NCBI GenBank assembly: GCA_026981935.1
Contig: JALSIC010000052.1
Location: forward strand, 2,571 to 66,570
From: Gammaproteobacteria bacterium
GTDB lineage: Bacteria > Pseudomonadota > Gammaproteobacteria > SZUA-140
Length of the DNA stretch: 64,000 bases
Reading direction: 5' to 3'
A program made the position numbers and the translations under genes. The notes under the pieces were generated by a model, which did no database searches, was not told the origin of the DNA, and saw only the letters and a list, made by a program, of their open reading frames with translations. Position 1 is the first letter of the stretch. Each line of letters opens with the position of its first letter. This document shows positions 8,857-17,728 of the stretch, piece after piece.

Positions 8857-8920
8857 CGGCAATCGCCGAGGATCCCTTGGATTCCTTGCGTGGCACGCAG
8901 CGCAGCACAGGCGCCTGAAC

Positions 8921-9715
8921 ATGAGCTGGTGGGGCAAGCTGTTCGGCGGCACCCTGGGCTTCGTGCTGGGAGGTCCCCTGGGAGCGCTCATCGGCGCGGC
9001 GCTGGGGCACAATTACGACGTCAAGGCGCGGCGCCTGGGCGGCCCGGAAGGCCTGGGTGGGCGGGAGCGCATCCAGATGGCCTTTTTTACGGCGACCTTC
9101 TCCATCATGGGGCACCTGGCCAAGGCGGACGGCAGGGTGTCGGAGAACGAGATCCATCTCGCCCAGGCGGTGATGGATCAGATGCAGCTCAATCCCGAGC
9201 TGGAGCGGCTGGCCAAGCAGCTCTACCGGGAAGGCAAGCAGGCGGACTTCTCCCTGGACGAGGTGCTGGACCAGTTCAAGCGCGAGTGCCGTCACCGGCG
9301 CATGTTGATGCGCATCTTTCTGGAGATCCTCATCCAGACCGCCTATGCGGATGGCGCGATGCATCCCGCCGAGCGCCAGATCCTGTTGCACATCTGCGAC
9401 CGGCTCGGGGTCTCCCGCCTGGAATTCGAGCGTCTCGAGGCCATGGTGCGCGCGGCGCAGGGTTTTGCCGGTGCCCGCGCCGGTGCTCCGCGGCGCGAGG
9501 ACGAGCTGCGGCAGGCCTATGAGATCCTGAATGTCTCTCCCGAGGCCTCCGATGCGGAGGTGAAAAAGGCCTACCGCCGCCTCATCAACCAGCACCATCC
9601 CGACAAGCTCATTGCCAAGGGTCTGCCGGAGGAGATGATGAAGCTTGCCGAGCAGAAGACCCGTGAGATCCGTCAGGCCTACGAGCGGATCCGCGAGGCG
9701 CGAGGATTCCGCTGA
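8921..9715 (+). CDS. djlA: Co-chaperone DjlA (N-terminal TM + TerB-like domain, C-terminal J domain)
   Basis: Collinear by eye with E. coli DjlA: MSWWGKLFGG...GHLAKADGRVSENEIHLAQ ... YEILNVSPEASDAEVKKAYRRLINQHHPDKLIAKGLPEEMMKLAEQKTREIRQAYERI. Confidence 0.9.
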   Translation: MSWWGKLFGGTLGFVLGGPLGALIGAALGHNYDVKARRLGGPEGLGGRERIQMAFFTATFSIMGHLAKADGRVSENEIHLAQAVMDQMQLNPELERLAKQLYREGKQADFSLDEVLDQFKRECRHRRMLMRIFLEILIQTAYADGAMHPAERQILLHICDRLGVSRLEFERLEAMVRAAQGFAGARAGAPRREDELRQAYEILNVSPEASDAEVKKAYRRLINQHHPDKLIAKGLPEEMMKLAEQKTREIRQAYERIREARGFR

Positions 9716-9848
9716 GATACCGTGCACCCGTGCGCGGGGAAAATGTGCTATATTCAGGCGGCCCTGCTCAGGAGAGAGCAGGCATTTTGCCGCCTGTGGC
9801 AGATAACCATTTGATTTTCAGACCAGAAGGATATGGAGCATAGCAGTC

Positions 9849-10481
9849 ATGGCGACGATTGCCACTCGGAGGCCAGCGATGGTGTTGTATTCCCGGCCTG
9901 AATGCCCTTTGAGCCACCGCGTACGGATCGTCCTTGCAGAAAAGAACATCGGCGCGGAGATCGTCGACGTGGATCCCGACAATCCGCCCGAGGATCTCAT
10001 CGACCTCAATACCTACGATTCCCTGCCCGTTCTGGTGGATCGTGATCTGGTCCTGTACAACTCCCAGATCATCATGGAATATCTGGACGAACGCTTTCCC
10101 CACCCCCCCCTGATGCCGGTGGATCCGGTCTCGCGGGCCCGTACGCGGATGATGTTGTACCGCATCGACGAGGACTGGTACAGGATTCTCGGCGATATCA
10201 GTGGCGAAGACGAGGCACGCGCTGCCGAGGCACGCAAGACGATCTACGAGGGCCTGATCCTCATGGCGCCCATCCTCGCCAAGAAACCCTTCTTCATGAG
10301 TGATGATTTTGCCCTGGTGGAATGCAGCCTGGCCCCCATCCTCTGGCGGCTGCCTCATTACGGGATCGAACTGCCCCCCCAGGCCAAGGCGGTGAAGCAG
10401 TATGCGCGACGCCTGTTCGAGCGGGAATCGTTTCAGGCCAGCCTCTCGGAGATCGAACGCGAGCTGGGGGCCGGCTGGTGA
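9849..10481 (+). CDS. sspA: Stringent starvation protein A (GST-like)
   Basis: MVLYSRPECPLSHRVRIVLAEKNIGAEIVDVDPDNPPEDLIDLNTYDSLPVLVDRDLVLYNSQIIMEYLDERFPHPPLMP is near-identical in pattern to E. coli SspA. Confidence 0.93.
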   Translation: MATIATRRPAMVLYSRPECPLSHRVRIVLAEKNIGAEIVDVDPDNPPEDLIDLNTYDSLPVLVDRDLVLYNSQIIMEYLDERFPHPPLMPVDPVSRARTRMMLYRIDEDWYRILGDISGEDEARAAEARKTIYEGLILMAPILAKKPFFMSDDFALVECSLAPILWRLPHYGIELPPQAKAVKQYARRLFERESFQASLSEIERELGAGW

Positions 10482-10527
10482 GACAGGCGGCGGGTTTTGC
10501 CGCGGGTTATTGCGGAGGAGAAGCGCC

Positions 10528-10932
10528 ATGGAGATGAGTTCCAGCAGGCCTTACCTGATCCGCGCCATCTACCAGTGGATCAGCGACAACGGCCTGACGC
10601 CCCATATCCTGGTGGATGCCACTGATCCCCGGGTCCAGGTGCCCGCGCGCTATGTGGAGAACGGCCGGATCGTGCTCAACATCAGCGGCCAGGCCACCAG
10701 CGGCCTGCACATCGACAACGACTGGATCATGTTCAAGGCCCGCTTCGGGGGGCAGGAAATGGAAGTCACGGTGCCCGTCGGCGCGGTCCTGGCCATTTAT
10801 GCCCGTGAGAACGGCCGCGGCATGGTACTGGAAAACGCCGATGCTTCGCCCCCGCCCGATGCGCCGCCGCCTTCGCCTCCCCCTGAGCACAAGGGCAAGA
10901 CCAGGCGGCCCTATCTCCAGGTGGTGAAATAA
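10528..10932 (+). CDS. sspB: ClpXP adaptor stringent starvation protein B
   Basis: MEMSSSRPYLIRAIYQWISDNGLTPHILVDATDPRVQVPARYVENGRIVLNIS... with a Pro/Ala-rich tail. It is preceded by GGAGGAG; the internal start is preferred over the track start at 10402. Confidence 0.9.
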   Translation: MEMSSSRPYLIRAIYQWISDNGLTPHILVDATDPRVQVPARYVENGRIVLNISGQATSGLHIDNDWIMFKARFGGQEMEVTVPVGAVLAIYARENGRGMVLENADASPPPDAPPPSPPPEHKGKTRRPYLQVVK

Positions 10933-10949
10933 GCCGTTATTTCTTTTCT

Positions 10950-11017
10950 GTCATTTCGAACCGAAGGGAGAAATCCTGTCCCGCTGCCCCGGATTTCTCG
11001 CTGCGCTCGAAATGGCG
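10950..11017. repeat. REP/MITE-like palindromic element, single copy (family also at 43262 and 48001-48403)
   Basis: GTCATTTCGAACCGAAGGGAGAAATCCTGTCCCGCTGCCCCGGATTTCTCGCTGCGCTCGAAATGGCGA. The terminal inverted repeats are GTCATTTCGA / TCGAAATGgC, with an inner inverted pair GAGAAATCC / GGATTTCTC. Confidence 0.8.
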
Positions 11018-11211
11018 AGAGGGGTAGAAATAACAGGGGGGTGGTTGAGATGACGGGGTGTGGGCGGGATGACAGGGTGCGCCCTGACGTTGGCCTCTTC
11101 CGTATCCCTTTCGGAGGAACAGTCCATGGCCGTGAACGCCTCTGCCGTGATCTGTCTTCTCGTGCAGGGTAGTGCGGCTGCGAAGAGAGATCAAGGCTGC
11201 AGAGATTAAAG

Positions 11212-12624
11212 TCACGTAGATTCCCATGGCGCCGCTTTCTGCCCTCCGGCCGCTGGCAGCATCTTGCCCGGATTGAGGATGTCCCGGGGGTCGAACAGCT
11301 GTTTGAGGCCGCGCATCAAGGCCAGCGACGTGGCATCCAGTTCGCGTGCGATGAAATCCCTCTTTTCCAGCCCCACGCCATGTTCGCCCGAGAGCGTACC
11401 GGAGAGTTCGAGCACCAGATCGAATACCGCTGCAAGGCACATGTCGGCACGGCGCATCTGGTCCGCATCGTCAGGGTCCACCAGGAGATTGACATGAATG
11501 TTGCCGTTGCCGGCATGGCCGAAGTTGACGATGGTGATGTCATGGCGGCGCGCCAGCTCCCTGAGTCCGTTGATGAACCGTGGCAGCCTGGAGACAGGCA
11601 CCACCACGTCTTCGTTGATCTTCTTTGGTGCGACGGTGCGCAGGGCCGGGGACAGGGCCTTGCGCGTCGCCCACAGGGCCTGGGCCTGTTGCGGGTCGCG
11701 GGCGGCCTGGAAATCCAGCAGTCCGTCGTTCGTCGCGGCTGCCTGGACCGCCCCGATGGCATGCTCCATTGCCACGGCGCTGCCATCCACCTCGATGATG
11801 AGCATGGCCGCAGCCCCCTGGGGAAGTGCTGTCCCTGCGTAGTGGCGGATCATGGCGATGGCCTGCCCGTCCATGAATTCCAGGGCGCAGGGTGTGACCG
11901 GCTGGCCCATGATGGCGGCGATGGCCCGGGCGGCATGATCCATGTCGGCGTAGACCGCCTGCATGGTGACCTTGGCCTCGGCGCAGGGAGTGAGCTTGAG
12001 CGTCGCCTCGGTGATCACCGCCAGGGTGCCCTCTGAGCCGATGAGCAGGCGGGTCAGGTCGTAGCCCACCACGCCCTTGGAGGTGTAGACGCCGCAGCGC
12101 AGATCCTTCCCCGTGCCTGTCACGGCCCGCAGGCCCAGGACGTTCTCCCGCGGCGTGCCGTATTTCACGGCTCGGGGACCGGCGGAGTTGTAGGCCAGGT
12201 TGCCGCCCACCGTGCAGAAGGCGGCGCTGGTGGGATCCGGCGGCCAGAACAGGCCATGCCTCGCCGCGGCGTCTTGCACAGCCTGGTTGGTCACGCCGGG
12301 TTCCACCACCATGACCCGGTTGGCCGGATCGATCTTCAAGATGCGGTCCATGCGTTCCAGGGACAGCACCAGCCCGCCGGGTGCCGGTACCGTGGCCCCC
12401 GTGGTGCCGGTGCCGCGGCCGCGGGGCACGAGCGGGGTGCGCGTCTCGTGGCACAGCGCCACCAGCGCGCGCACGGTTTCGTGACAGGTGGCGAAGGCCA
12501 CGGCGGCGGGCAGCTGCTGGCGGCGGCTGTTGTCGTAGCCATAGGGCCAGCAATCGGCGGGGTCGGTGAGGAGGTTGTCGGGCCCGACGACGGCGGCAAT
12601 GCGGGCCAGCAGCTCGGGCGACAC
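11212..12624 (-). CDS. FAD-linked oxidase (GlcD / D-lactate dehydrogenase family)
   Basis: 470 aa with an FAD-binding PCMH-type N-domain (PRGRGTGTTGA, VVEPGVTNQAVQD) and an FAD-oxidase C-terminal domain (ELSGTLSGEHGVGLEKRDF). Confidence 0.75.
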   Translation of the reverse strand: MSPELLARIAAVVGPDNLLTDPADCWPYGYDNSRRQQLPAAVAFATCHETVRALVALCHETRTPLVPRGRGTGTTGATVPAPGGLVLSLERMDRILKIDPANRVMVVEPGVTNQAVQDAAARHGLFWPPDPTSAAFCTVGGNLAYNSAGPRAVKYGTPRENVLGLRAVTGTGKDLRCGVYTSKGVVGYDLTRLLIGSEGTLAVITEATLKLTPCAEAKVTMQAVYADMDHAARAIAAIMGQPVTPCALEFMDGQAIAMIRHYAGTALPQGAAAMLIIEVDGSAVAMEHAIGAVQAAATNDGLLDFQAARDPQQAQALWATRKALSPALRTVAPKKINEDVVVPVSRLPRFINGLRELARRHDITIVNFGHAGNGNIHVNLLVDPDDADQMRRADMCLAAVFDLVLELSGTLSGEHGVGLEKRDFIARELDATSLALMRGLKQLFDPRDILNPGKMLPAAGGQKAAPWEST

Positions 12625-12627
12625 GGT

Positions 12628-13209
12628 TCAGTCCAGGTACTCGAAGACCTTGACCACCCGCTTGACGCCCTTCACCTGCTGGACCCGGCGTGCGACTTCG
12701 TCGGCCTCGCGGCGGGTCAGCAGGCCCATGAGGTAGACCACGCCATCTTCCGTCACGACCTTGACATGGATGGCATCCAGGCCCTTGCTGCCCAGCAGGG
12801 CGCTCTTGACCTTGGTCGTGATCCAGATGTCACGGTTGCGGACGGAGAAGGGGGTGGGTTCCCCGAGGGCGATCTCGTTGTGTACCCGCCGCACTTTCTC
12901 CACTTTGCGCGCCAGGGCCACGGCCCGGTCCCGCAGGGCCCTGGTCGGGGCCTGGCCCACCAGCAGTACAATGTTGTTGTAACTGACGACACCGATGTGG
13001 GCCTTGTCGCGCAGCGCTTTGTCCCTGCGGATGGCGCTGGCCACCTTGATCTCGATGTTCTGGTCTTCCACCACCGTGCCGGCGGTACGCCGGTCGTAGG
13101 CCACGGCCACCCCCGTGGCGGCGCCGGCCACGATGAGCCCTCCCGTGCAGCCCGGCAGCAGCAGGGCAATGACCAGCAGCAGAATGACGGGTCTGGAGTG
13201 AGTGTTCAT
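12628..13209 (-). CDS. dolP: BON-domain lipoprotein DolP/YraP (OsmY-like)
   Basis: Lipoprotein signal VILLLVIALLLPGC and two BON-like halves (VVSYNNIVLLVGQ..., VVTEDGVVYLMG...). Sits in the conserved lpoA-yraN-...-dolP context. The internal start MNTHSRP is preferred. Confidence 0.8.
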   Translation of the reverse strand: MNTHSRPVILLLVIALLLPGCTGGLIVAGAATGVAVAYDRRTAGTVVEDQNIEIKVASAIRRDKALRDKAHIGVVSYNNIVLLVGQAPTRALRDRAVALARKVEKVRRVHNEIALGEPTPFSVRNRDIWITTKVKSALLGSKGLDAIHVKVVTEDGVVYLMGLLTRREADEVARRVQQVKGVKRVVKVFEYLD

Positions 13210-13292
13210 GAATGCACCAAAAAGATCCAGTGAAATCGGCAAAGAATACAAGCGGTATTTTCGCGTGCGCCACACTATGCCCACGGGCGGCG

Positions 13293-13691
13293 CTAGAGGT
13301 CAAGACCGAAGGCGTCGCGGATCCATTCCAGTGTCCATTGATCGCCGTCGCCGTTCATGGCGACGACGTCGAAACGCGCAGCGCTGTCATTCCTGCCCCG
13401 GGTGAGCAGGTAATGGCGGGCCGCCTGGATGAGTTTCTGCTGTTTGCGCCGGTCCACGCTCTCGCTGGCGCTGCCGTAACGGGTGGTGCGGCGCTGGCGT
13501 ACTTCCACGAACACGAGGCAGTCACCATCGGCCATCACCAGGTCGATCTCCCCCTGGCGACAGCGATAGTTGCGGCTCAGGCAGGTCAGGCCCTGGCGAA
13601 GCAGATACCGGCAGGCTGCCTCTTCTGCGGCAGCCCCCCGTGGCTGCCCGGCCTGGCGGGATGTCTTGCGCGTGGGGTTTTCAGGTGGCAT
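13293..13691 (-). CDS. yraN: YraN-family (UPF0102) protein
   Basis: AAEEAACRYLLRQGLTCLSRNYRCRQGEIDLVMADGDCLVFVEVRQRRTTRYGSASESV is a UPF0102 signature. It lies immediately downstream of lpoA, as in E. coli and Pseudomonas. Confidence 0.8.
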   Translation of the reverse strand: MPPENPTRKTSRQAGQPRGAAAEEAACRYLLRQGLTCLSRNYRCRQGEIDLVMADGDCLVFVEVRQRRTTRYGSASESVDRRKQQKLIQAARHYLLTRGRNDSAARFDVVAMNGDGDQWTLEWIRDAFGLDL

Positions 13692-13692
13692 T

Positions 13693-15603
13693 TCAATAGG
13701 GGCGGGGGATGCCGCCGCGGAAGCGGGCCCACGCCAGTTCGCGGAAGATACGGTTGTCCCGGTCGAGATAGAGGGCGCCTGTCTGGCCGGCGAAGCGTTC
13801 GTAGCGGTAGGCGCGCAGATTGTCCAGGAAGGGGATGATGCGGTAGGCGTCCACCCCCAGTGCGTAGAAACGGGTGTACTGACCGGCCTGCTCCGGCCAC
13901 AGGCGTTCGATGGTCTTCTTCAGCGGCGGCGGATCCCCCAATACCCAGGGGATGTCGCAGAAAACGATGTCGTCCATGTCGCGGTCGGCGGCGCGGTCGC
14001 GCCGCCCTGTGAAGATGTGGGAGGTGGCATAGACGGGCAGTTGCGAGGCGTAATGGAATTTCAGCTGGGGGCGGATCAGGCGGGCCTGGCGGGGGAAGGC
14101 GCCGAGAAAGACGAAATCGGCATCGCGGCGCCGGCGGGGCTCGAACTTGAGGGATTGGCCGATGAGCTTTTCCAGTCGCCGCCGGCGTTCCAGGCTCTCG
14201 TCCAGGTTCAGCAGGGCCTGAATGGGCTGGGAGAAATCGTTGTCCCGTGGTGGATAGAACTGGACTTCCAGGAGCGTGCCGCCCAGTTCTTCCCAGGTGG
14301 CACGGAAGGCCTCCAGGAGCCGCTCGCCCCAGGGTCCTTCGGGCAGCAGGGCCAGGGCCTGGTTGTTGCCTTCCAGCCAGGCGCGTTCCGCCACCTGGCG
14401 GGCCTCGTCTTCGGGGGCCAGGCCGAACTGGAAGAGTTCCGTGGGGGGATGGCCGTCGCTGCTGTAGTTGAGGGACAGCGTGGGAACGGGCAGGCGCGGG
14501 CGACCGGCCAGTTCGTTGACGGCCTCCTTGCGCAGCGGGCCGACGATGAAATCGGCACCGTCCCGAACCGCCTGTTCATAGGCGGTCATCGCAGACGCCG
14601 CGTTGCGGCCGCTGTCGTAGATGCGGATCGTGGGGCGGTAGTCGGAGCGGCTGCGCTGGTAATGCGCGGCGAGGAAGCCGTCGCGCAGGGCCGCCGCCGC
14701 CCTGGCGGGCGGGCCCTCGTGGGGCAGCAGCAGGGCGATGGTGGCGGGGCGGCGGCGCTCTTCCAGGCGCCGGGCCAGCAGTGAATCGATGATGTCCTGC
14801 ATCGCCGGGTGCGCGGGATAACGCTTTCGCCAGGCTTCCACCTGGCGGGTCACGTCCTGGGGGTGTTCCTCGGCACGCCTGGCGATGAGGGCCAGCTCCA
14901 GCCAGCCGCTGAAGACATCGGGTGGAGGGGCCAGGCGCAATTGTTCCAGCGCTGGGGCGGACAGGCGCAGCAGTGCCTGCCAGATGCGGGTCTGGTTTTC
15001 ATGAATGCGCCGGGTGTCTTGGGCGGGCAGCAGGGGCTCCAGGATCACGCGCTCGCGGGCGGATTCCAGGAGATTGCCCGCCCTCAGGTAGGCCTGGGCG
15101 CGCAGTTCGTGGATGGCGATGGCCAGGGCGGCAGGGAGCGGCGGCTGCGCCGGGGGCAGGCCTTGCAGGTGTGACAGGGCCTGGCGGGGGCGGTTGTCCA
15201 TCAGCGCGATGCGTGCCGTGAGCAGGGCCCGCCGGGCCCTGAGCTGCGGTCCCAGGGGGGCGCCTGCGTCTTCCAACCCTTCTTTCGGGCCTTCGGCGGG
15301 CAGGGTGTCGAGGAGGCGCCGGGCCTGGTCCACATGATTGCCTGCCAGGAGTGCCTCCGCCGCGCGCAGGCGGTAGTCCAGGGCCTGCGGCGGCGTGGCC
15401 TGTTCCGCCGCTTGCAGGTAGGCTTGCGCCGCGGCCTGGAAGTCGCCCTTGTCCTGCGCCTTGCGCGCCTGGGCCGCCAGCGCGGCGGGCTCGGGTGCGG
15501 TCGGTTGCTGGGAGGGCGTGACGGCGCAGCCCGCCGCCAGCAGCAGGGACAGCCAGAAGGCATGGCGGAAGGCCGCGAAGCCGACGGTCATAGTGTGGGG
15601 CAT
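13693..15603 (-). CDS. lpoA: Penicillin-binding protein activator LpoA (N-terminal TPR + C-terminal periplasmic-binding-like domain)
   Basis: 636 aa with lipoprotein signal LLLAAGCAVTP, a TPR-like N-terminal half, and a C-terminal half resembling the Leu/Ile/Val-binding-protein fold (PTIRIYDSGRNAASAMTAYEQAVRDGADFIVGPL). Sits in the conserved position divergent from rsmI. Confidence 0.8.
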   Translation of the reverse strand: MPHTMTVGFAAFRHAFWLSLLLAAGCAVTPSQQPTAPEPAALAAQARKAQDKGDFQAAAQAYLQAAEQATPPQALDYRLRAAEALLAGNHVDQARRLLDTLPAEGPKEGLEDAGAPLGPQLRARRALLTARIALMDNRPRQALSHLQGLPPAQPPLPAALAIAIHELRAQAYLRAGNLLESARERVILEPLLPAQDTRRIHENQTRIWQALLRLSAPALEQLRLAPPPDVFSGWLELALIARRAEEHPQDVTRQVEAWRKRYPAHPAMQDIIDSLLARRLEERRRPATIALLLPHEGPPARAAAALRDGFLAAHYQRSRSDYRPTIRIYDSGRNAASAMTAYEQAVRDGADFIVGPLRKEAVNELAGRPRLPVPTLSLNYSSDGHPPTELFQFGLAPEDEARQVAERAWLEGNNQALALLPEGPWGERLLEAFRATWEELGGTLLEVQFYPPRDNDFSQPIQALLNLDESLERRRRLEKLIGQSLKFEPRRRRDADFVFLGAFPRQARLIRPQLKFHYASQLPVYATSHIFTGRRDRAADRDMDDIVFCDIPWVLGDPPPLKKTIERLWPEQAGQYTRFYALGVDAYRIIPFLDNLRAYRYERFAGQTGALYLDRDNRIFRELAWARFRGGIPRPY

Positions 15604-15621
15604 GCAAAAACGTTATGCTGG

Positions 15622-16542
15622 ATGGACAGTGGACAAGTATCGGGGCGGGACGAAACAGTGTCAATTGCAGGGCAGACCCTGTATGTGGTGGCGACACCCC
15701 TGGGGAATCTGGGCGACATCACGCATCGCGCCGTGGCGGTGCTGGCCGCGGCGGACGTGATCGCTGCCGAGGACACGCGGCACAGCCGCCGCCTGTTGCA
15801 GCATTACGGCATCACCACCCCCTGTGTCGCCCTGCACGAGCACAACGAGGCCCGCGAGGCGGCGCGGCTGGTGGCGCGGCTGCGCAAGGGAGCGGCAGTG
15901 GCCCTGATCAGCGATGCAGGCACCCCCCTGCTCAGCGACCCCGGTTACGTCCTGGTGCGCCGGGTTCAGGCGGCCGGTTTCCGGGTGGTGCCCGTGCCCG
16001 GTCCCAGCGCGCTCACGGCGGCCCTGAGCGCCGCGGGCCTGCCCACCGAGCGTTTTGCCTTCGAAGGTTTTCTGCCCGCCCGGGCTGCAGCGCGCAGGCG
16101 TCGCCTGCAGGCTTTGTGCGAGGAGACACGGACCCTGGTCTTCTACGAGGCACCGCACCGCATCCTGGCCCTGCTGCAGGATCTCGTGGCGCTGCTGGGC
16201 GCGACGCGGGAGGCGGCCCTGGCGCGGGAACTCACCAAGACCTTCGAGACCATCCACCGGGCCCCGCTCTCCGACCTGCTGGCATGGGTGACGGAAGATC
16301 CGAACCGGCAGCGCGGCGAGTTCGTGGTGCTGGTACACGGCGCCACGCCCCCGGGTGATGCGTCTCGTGAGACGGAAGTCACGGTGGACCGGAAGCGCCT
16401 GCTGGCCGTGCTGCTGGCACACATGCCGGCGAGGACCGCCGTCGCCGTGGCGGCGGAACTGACGGGCCGGCGCCGCAACCTGCTCTATGAAGAGGCGATG
16501 GCGCTGCGGGAAGGGGAGGGAGCGGGCGATGACGGCCCTTGA
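15622..16542 (+). CDS. rsmI: 16S rRNA (cytidine1402-2'-O)-methyltransferase RsmI
   Basis: GQTLYVVATPLGNLGDITHRAVAVLAAADVIAAEDTRHSRRLLQHYGI ... tetrapyrrole-methylase-like fold. The internal start MDSGQV at 15622 is preferred over the track start at 15334; it lies 18 bp from the divergent lpoA start. Confidence 0.85.
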   Translation: MDSGQVSGRDETVSIAGQTLYVVATPLGNLGDITHRAVAVLAAADVIAAEDTRHSRRLLQHYGITTPCVALHEHNEAREAARLVARLRKGAAVALISDAGTPLLSDPGYVLVRRVQAAGFRVVPVPGPSALTAALSAAGLPTERFAFEGFLPARAAARRRRLQALCEETRTLVFYEAPHRILALLQDLVALLGATREAALARELTKTFETIHRAPLSDLLAWVTEDPNRQRGEFVVLVHGATPPGDASRETEVTVDRKRLLAVLLAHMPARTAVAVAAELTGRRRNLLYEEAMALREGEGAGDDGP

Positions 16543-16575
16543 AATCCTTCCGTGCATGCTGCATCTTGAATGATG

Positions 16576-16938
16576 CGGAGTCGGCCGGGCAGTCGCTCCG
16601 CCAGCGGCGCGGCCGGTGGCGGGGAGGAAAGTCCGGGCTCCACAGGGCAGGGTGCCAGGTAACGCCTGGGCGGCGCGAGCCGACGGCCAGTGCAACAGAA
16701 AACATACCGCCACCCCGCCATTGCGGCGGGAGGTAAGGGTGAAAAGGTGCGGTAAGAGCGCACCGCGCTGGTGGTAACACCAGTGGCAGTGTAAACCCCA
16801 CCCGGAGCAAGACCAAATAGGGGAACGAGAGTGTGGCCCGCACTGTTCCCGGGTAGGTCGCTAGAGGCGTGCGGTGACGTGCGTCCCAGATGAATGACTG
16901 TCCCCGACAGAACCCGGCTTACAGGCCGGCTCCGTTTT
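16576..16938 (+). ncRNA. rnpB: RNase P RNA, bacterial type A (M1 RNA)
   Basis: Collinear with E. coli M1 RNA: GGAGGAAAGTCCGGGCTCCACAGGGCAGGGTGCCAGGTAACGCCTGGG...CAGTGCAACAGAAAACATACCGCC...GGTAAGGGTGAAAAGGTGCGGTAAGAGCGCACCGC...GGTAACA...GTAAACCCCACCCGGAGCAAGACCAAATAGGG...CCCGGGTAGGTCGCTAGAGG...CAGATGAATGACTGTCC...ACAGAACCCGGCTTACAG. The P1 strands GGAGTCGGCC / GGCCGGCTCC pair. Ends are approximate (+/-5 nt). Confidence 0.95.
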
Positions 16939-17154
16939 CATGCCGCTTTACCCCGAGACACACCTGCAGTCGCCATTCGTATGGCCGGCAGCACTGCCGG
17001 CACAGGCTTTCTTGAGACATTACTCTAAGTTCTGAAATCAACCGAATGATTTATTTGTTTTCGCTGTCTGACGGCAGGGGCTTTGTGTTGCCCTCTTCCG
17101 CCTTTGTTCGCCTAAGTTACTGTGACACAAGGGATTATGGTGGGCGAATTTTGC

Positions 17155-17215
17155 TTGACAGACCGGCAAAGCTGTATATAGTGTCGCTGAGTGGGATTTT
17201 GTGGGATTTAGTGGA
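17155..17215 (+). promoter_or_regulatory. mraZ (Pmra) promoter with MraZ operator direct repeats
   Basis: TTGACA (17155-60), a 16-nt spacer, then TATAGT (17177-82). Three direct repeats GTGGGAtttt GTGGGAttta GTGGAG follow with a 10-bp period (17191-17215), matching the TGGGN x3 MraZ-box arrangement known upstream of mraZ. Confidence 0.7.
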
Positions 17216-17241
17216 GCCATTGTGGGGGGAGGGGCGCTTTC

Positions 17242-17691
17242 TTGTTTCGCGGGGTCAACACGCTCAACCTGGACGCCAAGGGGCGTCTTGCCATACCCAC
17301 CCGGTATCGCGAGCGTCTGCGGGATGTCTGCAATGGCCGGTTGATCATCACGGTGGATACCGACCGGTGTCTGTTGCTGTATCCCCTGCCGCACTGGGAA
17401 GAGATCGAGCGCAAGCTGGTGGCCCTGCCCAACCTCGACCGGCGCGCGCGCAATCTGCAACGTCTCCTCATCGGTCATGCCACCGAGTGTGAGATGGACG
17501 GCCACGCCCGTATTCTGCTGCCGCCCCCCCTGCGCGACTATGCCGACCTGGACAAGCGCATCGTCATGATCGGTCAGGGCAACAAATTCGAGATCTGGAA
17601 TGAGCAGACCTGGAACGAACAGCGCGATCTCTGGCTGGCGGCCGAAAGCGAACAACCGCTGCCGGTGGAGCTTGACAGCCTCTCCCTGTGA
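17242..17691 (+). CDS. mraZ: Transcriptional regulator MraZ
   Basis: MFRGVNTLNLDAKGRLAIPTRYRERL...LLIGHATECEMDGHARILLPPPLRDYADLDKRIVMIGQGNKFEIW shows two MraZ repeats. Confidence 0.95.
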   Translation: MFRGVNTLNLDAKGRLAIPTRYRERLRDVCNGRLIITVDTDRCLLLYPLPHWEEIERKLVALPNLDRRARNLQRLLIGHATECEMDGHARILLPPPLRDYADLDKRIVMIGQGNKFEIWNEQTWNEQRDLWLAAESEQPLPVELDSLSL

Positions 17692-17728
17692 GACCGGCCA
17701 GTTGATGCCCCGGTCCCAGTTCCGGCCC

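Noticed and set aside
16379-16843. Protein-coding ORFs overlapping the rnpB region (e.g. 16379..16843-, 16485..16763-, 16539..16736+)
   Set aside because: The region is a textbook RNase P RNA; the ORFs are artefacts of GC-rich structured RNA.
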